A stretch of DNA of 64,000 nucleotides from Waddliaceae bacterium (GTDB lineage Bacteria > Chlamydiota > Chlamydiia > Chlamydiales > GCA-2709385), in assembly GCA_002709385.1 (NCBI GenBank), contig PAQS01000021.1, positions 3,387 to 67,386 of the forward strand, written 5' to 3'. Below the pieces are notes generated by a model. The model searched no databases, was not told where the DNA came from, and was given only the letters and a program-made list of their open reading frames with translations. This document shows positions 60,601 through 64,000 of the stretch, piece after piece (the stretch's first letter is position 1; every line of letters starts with the position of its first letter). The translations under genes were made by a program, and so were the position numbers.

Positions 60601-63600
60601 AAGCGAATCTCTTCTACTTCTTTTGATTTTTTTCTTTTTAAAATAAGAACTCTTTGATGAGAAAGCGGGAGATTCAGTTTTTTGTTTGAGGGTATTGTAA
60701 TGAGTTCCTTGCCGTTCAATGAATACGCTTTTTTTAAGCGACCTTGGTGGATCTGTAAACGTATGATACCATTTTCTCTTGCATCATTGTGAAGAAATGC
60801 TATTGCTTCAGAAGGATTTTTAGGATTGATCCATAACCCTTTTTTCTGCAATTCGAGTTCGAGACTAGTCAAAGATTTTTGTTTTTCTGAAGTTTTTTTG
60901 AATGAAGACGTCTCATATATGTTACGGATATTAGATGGAAATAATTTAGTAAGATTACTTAAAAGACGTCTTTTGAGTGTATGAGTATGATTTTTGCCTT
61001 TGGGAGATTGAAAACGTAGCCATGTTTTCCCTTTAGTTTTTCTTCCTAGAACTTTGTTGTCGACTTCTCTTTCTATGATGATATCTGTTTTGTATTTGTT
61101 ATAGAGTACTCGATATGGTCTGTCATTCAGGTCATGAAATGCAAAAATGTACTCACCTGCATGTTTTCCTGCTTTGCAAGACGATGGAATATGTCCTGTG
61201 CCCATCAAAGGCTTTATTAGTTGAAATTCCTTAGATTTCAAGATTTTTTCAGGTAAATTTGTTCGAATCCCTTTGAAAGCTTTTCCGTTGATACGGAGAA
61301 TTTGTAAATCTCCCATATCAATCACTGTATTGCCTTTTTCCCAAATCATGGGATTAATTGAGTTTTGCGTCCAAAAGCCTTTTTGAGAAGAGGGTTTTTC
61401 ACCTTGAGACTCAACCCAATGATCTAGTATCAAATCAAGCTCTTGTTGTTCTTCATTGCTTAGCTTGTATAAAGTAGCTCCGATTGAGCAGTGGCTCCAA
61501 TGGAGAATATTTTCTACCCATCCAGAGAGAACACCGTAATCACGACCTAATCGGAGACGATTGATTGCGTTAAGAATTTCTGGAAAAATTTTAGGATCTC
61601 TTCTCAAAGGATTAAAAAGTAAAGATTCTTCACCTTTTCCTTGAAAAGCACAGCTTACGATGAGATATAGAGAGTAATTAATTTGCTTATCAAGCGGTGT
61701 TTCTTCTGTATTGTTTATATCTGTAATTAAGAGATCTACAAAGCGTTTCTCTTCTTGAAAGACAGATAAAAAATGTGGAAAGTTTTCGCAAATCTTAAGA
61801 AGTTCTTTTGAATCTTTCTTTTCTCTTGTTGATATTCCTGGAGTTTTATCATCTTCTTCCGAGGTATCTAGAATTTTCGAAGCCCTTTGTTGTACAGCGG
61901 TACATAGATGAAGGAGAAAATAGGCTCGATCTTTGTTTCCTTCGTTGAATGCACGTTCAATAGCTGCACGAATGATTGTTTGATTTTCAGTAAAATACTG
62001 AGGGTTCTCATGAAGGGCAGAATCAATCATGTGAGGGGTATGTAGAATGGAATCAAGACGTTTTTGATAGCGAGAAGAATCTATGAGATCAGGTCGCTGT
62101 AGGACTAAATTAAAAACATTTTCAATACTATGAGGAGAGAATACTGAATGACGAATCCATTTTTCTTCCCAGGGTGCAGGTTTTGAATTTTCTATATTTT
62201 CTCTTACGAGATCCATTAAAGCAGGATCTGTTTTTGCAGCTTCTATAAGGTTGAGAATGGAGTCTTTGTCTAGGTTTTCTATTTCAAAAGGTTGTTCGGG
62301 TAAATCTGCATTTAGAATTTGTATGATAAGTATAGAAAAATACTTGTGCCGACTACTGTATTGAGGAGAAAGAATGATACTATGGAGTAAATCGGTAAGC
62401 CTTTTTCTATATCGAAGCATATTTACTTTTTGGCTTGATTCAATAAATTCATCTTTGTTGATGCTTATGTAGTCTTTTAAAAAAGACCAAATGACTTCAT
62501 TGTCTAAAAGGCTTGCAGGGGTTGAGTGTAGAAAGTCTACCCACTCAGAAATCTTGATTGGTGCTGATGTTGAATTTCTTTGGGAATGATGGGTAAAAAG
62601 CAAGCGATCCATAAAAAAATCATTTAATGGAAGATTCTCTTCAGGAGCTTCTTTAAGTCTTTGAATAAGTAATTGTTCTTCTACATTTTTAGATGAAGCG
62701 AATTCAGTTTCATTTTTTTCATACTTTATACTGTTTTCGTAAAGACCCTCGGTGTAATCTTTATTGGCATCTGATCGATAACACTCTTCGGTTTTGACTA
62801 AAATTTTATCTTTTTTTTCTTTTGAGTCTTTGAGGTTTTTCTCATATAAAAATATATCATGATCATTAAGAATATTATGAGAGATACAAAGCTCTATTCG
62901 CTTCATAGAAGACAGCTTTTTTAAGGTTTTCTCGAAATGCCTATTCATGTAATTCTGGACAGATTTGTTTATCTCAGAATCTATGTAGTCATCATCCTTA
63001 TTTTGCGCGCCAGCACGCATCGCAGCGGGAAATGCAGCGAACAATCCAGCAATATTCGTTCCTAGGGTTTTTATATGGTTTTTAATCATTCTCCCTTTTT
63101 GGCCTAGCGCTAAATGAGGGGCATAGCTAATTTTTTGAATAGATTGAAACCTTAATAAATCAGTAAGTTGAGAATCTATTGCGTTTTCATCGCTAGAGTA
63201 CGTGAGGTAATATTTTTCAATTAATTTACTTGCTTTTCTAGTAGAATAACGCTTTCCTTTTGGGTCATATTTTTTTTCTAAAAATTTGATAATGCTATGT
63301 CTATCGTTTTTACAACCCCCTTGCCGACTCTTATTTCTAGCAAAGAGCCGTATAGAAGAAAGTCTATCTTCAAGTAAAAGAGTTCTGCTAACTTTTTTAA
63401 AGCTGACAAATTCTAACGCTTTCAAAGATTCTTCCAGAATCCATAAGGAATTTTCAGGGAAATCTAGAATTACCTCGTCCTGAAAGGTCATTGAAGCATT
63501 GTTTCTATAGCGCTCTGAAACAGCTTCTTTTCTGAGGTCCATAAGATGTATTAAGCAGCATTGAACAACGAGAGCATCGATTTCATCTCTTTCATCATAA

Positions 63601-64000
63601 GATATACATCCTGACTTCACTCTAGATTCAAAAAAATAATGGTGTGATCGAGATAAATGATGACTTAAAGAACTTAATTCTTTCTCGGATGCAGAAAGAA
63701 TTTTATCCCAAATCAATCCTTGGGGCGGGGGATTGATGTGCGCTATTGTTTGCCGATATATCTTCATAGCCAGGTCATAATTCCCTTTCTCCACCAAAGC
63801 ATCTATTCGTTGAGCTAGAGATTCGAAAGAATGAATCAAATCAGAAGTTTCTACCTGTCCATTAGAGAATGCTTTTTTTATGATAGCAACAGACTCTAAG
63901 TCTTTTGTTGTTATTTGCTCGTTATTTTCTTGTTCAAAAGCTTCTTCAATAGATTTAGGAAGAGTGTTATCGACTATTAGTGAAAAACCATGGGAAGATA
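54657..64000 (-). CDS. Giant protein (>3100 aa, 5'-truncated) with a DUF3638-type SF2 helicase/ATPase domain
   Basis: Frame checked open from 63839 to the window end; ILRKEQV, ELRMGLGKTSFILP, IDEVD, GMTGT, LMQGLWRCRGL motifs. Confidence 0.85.
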   Translation of the reverse strand, partial: SSHGFSLIVDNTLPKSIEEAFEQENNEQITTKDLESVAIIKKAFSNGQVETSDLIHSFESLAQRIDALVEKGNYDLAMKIYRQTIAHINPPPQGLIWDKILSASEKELSSLSHHLSRSHHYFFESRVKSGCISYDERDEIDALVVQCCLIHLMDLRKEAVSERYRNNASMTFQDEVILDFPENSLWILEESLKALEFVSFKKVSRTLLLEDRLSSIRLFARNKSRQGGCKNDRHSIIKFLEKKYDPKGKRYSTRKASKLIEKYYLTYSSDENAIDSQLTDLLRFQSIQKISYAPHLALGQKGRMIKNHIKTLGTNIAGLFAAFPAAMRAGAQNKDDDYIDSEINKSVQNYMNRHFEKTLKKLSSMKRIELCISHNILNDHDIFLYEKNLKDSKEKKDKILVKTEECYRSDANKDYTEGLYENSIKYEKNETEFASSKNVEEQLLIQRLKEAPEENLPLNDFFMDRLLFTHHSQRNSTSAPIKISEWVDFLHSTPASLLDNEVIWSFLKDYISINKDEFIESSQKVNMLRYRKRLTDLLHSIILSPQYSSRHKYFSILIIQILNADLPEQPFEIENLDKDSILNLIEAAKTDPALMDLVRENIENSKPAPWEEKWIRHSVFSPHSIENVFNLVLQRPDLIDSSRYQKRLDSILHTPHMIDSALHENPQYFTENQTIIRAAIERAFNEGNKDRAYFLLHLCTAVQQRASKILDTSEEDDKTPGISTREKKDSKELLKICENFPHFLSVFQEEKRFVDLLITDINNTEETPLDKQINYSLYLIVSCAFQGKGEESLLFNPLRRDPKIFPEILNAINRLRLGRDYGVLSGWVENILHWSHCSIGATLYKLSNEEQQELDLILDHWVESQGEKPSSQKGFWTQNSINPMIWEKGNTVIDMGDLQILRINGKAFKGIRTNLPEKILKSKEFQLIKPLMGTGHIPSSCKAGKHAGEYIFAFHDLNDRPYRVLYNKYKTDIIIEREVDNKVLGRKTKGKTWLRFQSPKGKNHTHTLKRRLLSNLTKLFPSNIRNIYETSSFKKTSEKQKSLTSLELELQKKGLWINPKNPSEAIAFLHNDARENGIIRLQIHQGRLKKAYSLNGKELITIPSNKKLNLPLSHQRVLILKRKKSKEVEEIRLIDDNITLLKQKNKSWKVQGGEYDGWIWKTKLRTGSPSVDNLISDIGAHIGQVGLTLYNEEKEETKLILWPHKIKGETPYRQEKWKFLNVENEESISPLNITVQKDGIQEGDSSAYLYLAYHASLRHNYNNAIKLLRMAENCPIKSNLDLINVEHCWQLLLHLPENSQKARKNKIQLLLSSRRMILSRQGIHEFSQENTNEFFIYSQKIAQLIKDYQNFSYMDKQKTWKEEFTSDEIESMDYICREGLQILKSSFDPINDIPKEKNTLKTNSPNSLLIKTLPNILLARMKPLHKNPEELINQLAYANPDLLMGQFFVLWNYIIDKEIEEKDLVSLMGPIHNYQAPNLETSPNLKHTLDIIKNSLQEVSTLQQTDQARKMLLALSRISPHERKKHKLDLSILNRKRWLIPKSFPGIVLRSLWDYCIPQKIKASSFFNINTSDLSEIFSEIIEQNSFSEIDLEDLTQEDISKSFDHLFNEKQKLNLENLDKAIEESPYISGPVIKELWEENKHEIFQMVNTLNIDSLESFLSFLESQYHVNLLKETRLQTISERAVSLEKTLREKRLPDQWESTEKDALPIHLPYKRSLDKVLDFSASPEIVHLNSYQSIAKKLTQSFENPCSKEESVLSSMEENENMLIIEGIRHAEAKLDQVQEKQRGPFPDIEKLEKALNKDVLHAFHKAQIKHEKILQKLKAFSPEIKKILPLNLQELLKPGVAIEEEQVLNQVLNAYQRGELKQQEELEALITEYLIMTIEAKAFDHDLRNHLKDLEVLTQKKEFISEEEIQRLQNTFLSEYKRFSERDRYFTQNSTILDSPRFTRKFLVAECRSGKILRKEQVQMIRSMEKDPSQWYELRMGLGKTSFILPLLLLLLAEKGTLPVGILKDEVIVEHFLKLDHTTRMMLEEAAVLFHFDFNASHSAATLAEDYVRLLQAKQDGAYIVTTLHDFASIEHRLLQDIRETETFLKEKEITKNTWQKLDNPKVFQELRELRLKRHYLVKIRSLLEGNEEYFGFQTQKEIDEVDDIANVRNEDNLGIDGPHQLNPIILKAAEQLFSVLNKSQSPVLLELKKKMASRDYSTYKPSYIKETILKSLAEEWFNTNSSEIPCKNREKVLRYLCEKSDDNSIVEIPEGYPTRSQQSREEFMGHLSLFIEKKGKEKANDKLLKDFWYYALAAKEKNSHINKALAFLKEHYLEEYTEIQRQISQVTTITAIKRMIEVAPNVLSSTAGIDVDIKESDGFTVGPQASGKDKAGKIFGSEYDVIFNHYWIYACQLKDHAFLNRALKHLRETKPSLYHEIYEGANHYNITFIEFLNLPENSKYRLKILRHEVLNTQLIGKFRKQAVFNTQEFLENAGGMTGTLDRALLPKRPGEAQNTAKTVEGETFLHLQKMEAKVSTASSSDDILEKIEEAISSKAVRAVINEGMALMDTSTLIERLRQSPKCSQFPYVFVDPISGYTMLWEIDKDKPQRIQDEHLKNRLKEDMSLRKKIIYVYGNADIIGTDYMIPPGEAVYIAGPATNTSRLMQGLWRCRGLGREHKVNFLIPESLAERIRETHPNLKKDEEINSLHLIQDIKMRSLEEKASLNLKEACLRASCLTKKRLRTLLESPFSEENTPEYWAPSNSKELLMHTLLEQSLSYCTEDIFIESQDLDFLNDYNVSQLEDTQSYMNSIYENEILKLKNVKKKWEIEKGKYLDSSILNKRITKFEIELKNIKQELIQERKHFNDKIERYKKQLPSKVPNNGESIASSHAQVQQSVQINTQQNTQQNTQQQTQLQQHHLATSDKLGEEDYAFYSFWQPFFDGSLIVSSLDSNDDTFLKNFVLADNSIRESKSLKRIRQRIDFPIGEAIGGIFICGQDVIVISQSDYEWVISEYINKQKKLKSQTPMAVYQILNGARTGQGTIPVLKGYQAPNLEDSPNLRERIVGAKLFLGYTDYSKQEKIDLFNFFKNLSQENLSHFKSWIEEDKNTSIHDFLYDFLSS
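55290..55325. repeat. 3 x 12-bp tandem repeat inside the giant gene (encodes NTQQ x3)
   Basis: TTGTTGGGTATT repeated three times exactly. Confidence 0.9.

Overview
A 64-kb chromosomal window from an environmental member of Chlamydiota. This is inferred from the chlamydial gene order rpsA-nusA-infB-rbfA-truB...ribF...ychF / sctU-sctV-copN-scc1. Housekeeping and metabolic genes present: ychF, a THUMP RNA methyltransferase, queD, a short aspartokinase, brnQ, oppABCDF, an mreD-like gene, hutI-hutG, an M48 peptidase and an ABC-F ATPase. These are interspersed with lineage-specific candidate type III secretion (T3S) substrates: ankyrin proteins, a NAPE-PLD-like metallo-hydrolase, a coiled-coil protein coupled to a chaperone-like gene, Inc-like proteins and a >3100-aa DUF3638-type SF2 ATPase that runs off the window. 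There is also a GNAT toxin-antitoxin pair whose antitoxin looks like an AbrB/DUF1778 hybrid. The most interesting signals are cis-regulatory and absent from the ORF track. (1) A 35-codon Ile/Leu/Val-rich leader peptide with its own promoter and strong RBS, followed by a G-free, rut-like spacer directly upstream of brnQ. (2) A back-to-back hairpin array ending in a terminator between rpsA and nusA. (3) A His-rich ORF directly upstream of hutI-hutG. No rRNA, tRNA, CRISPR array or transposase was recognised. All family calls come from motif recognition by eye; no database searches were run.
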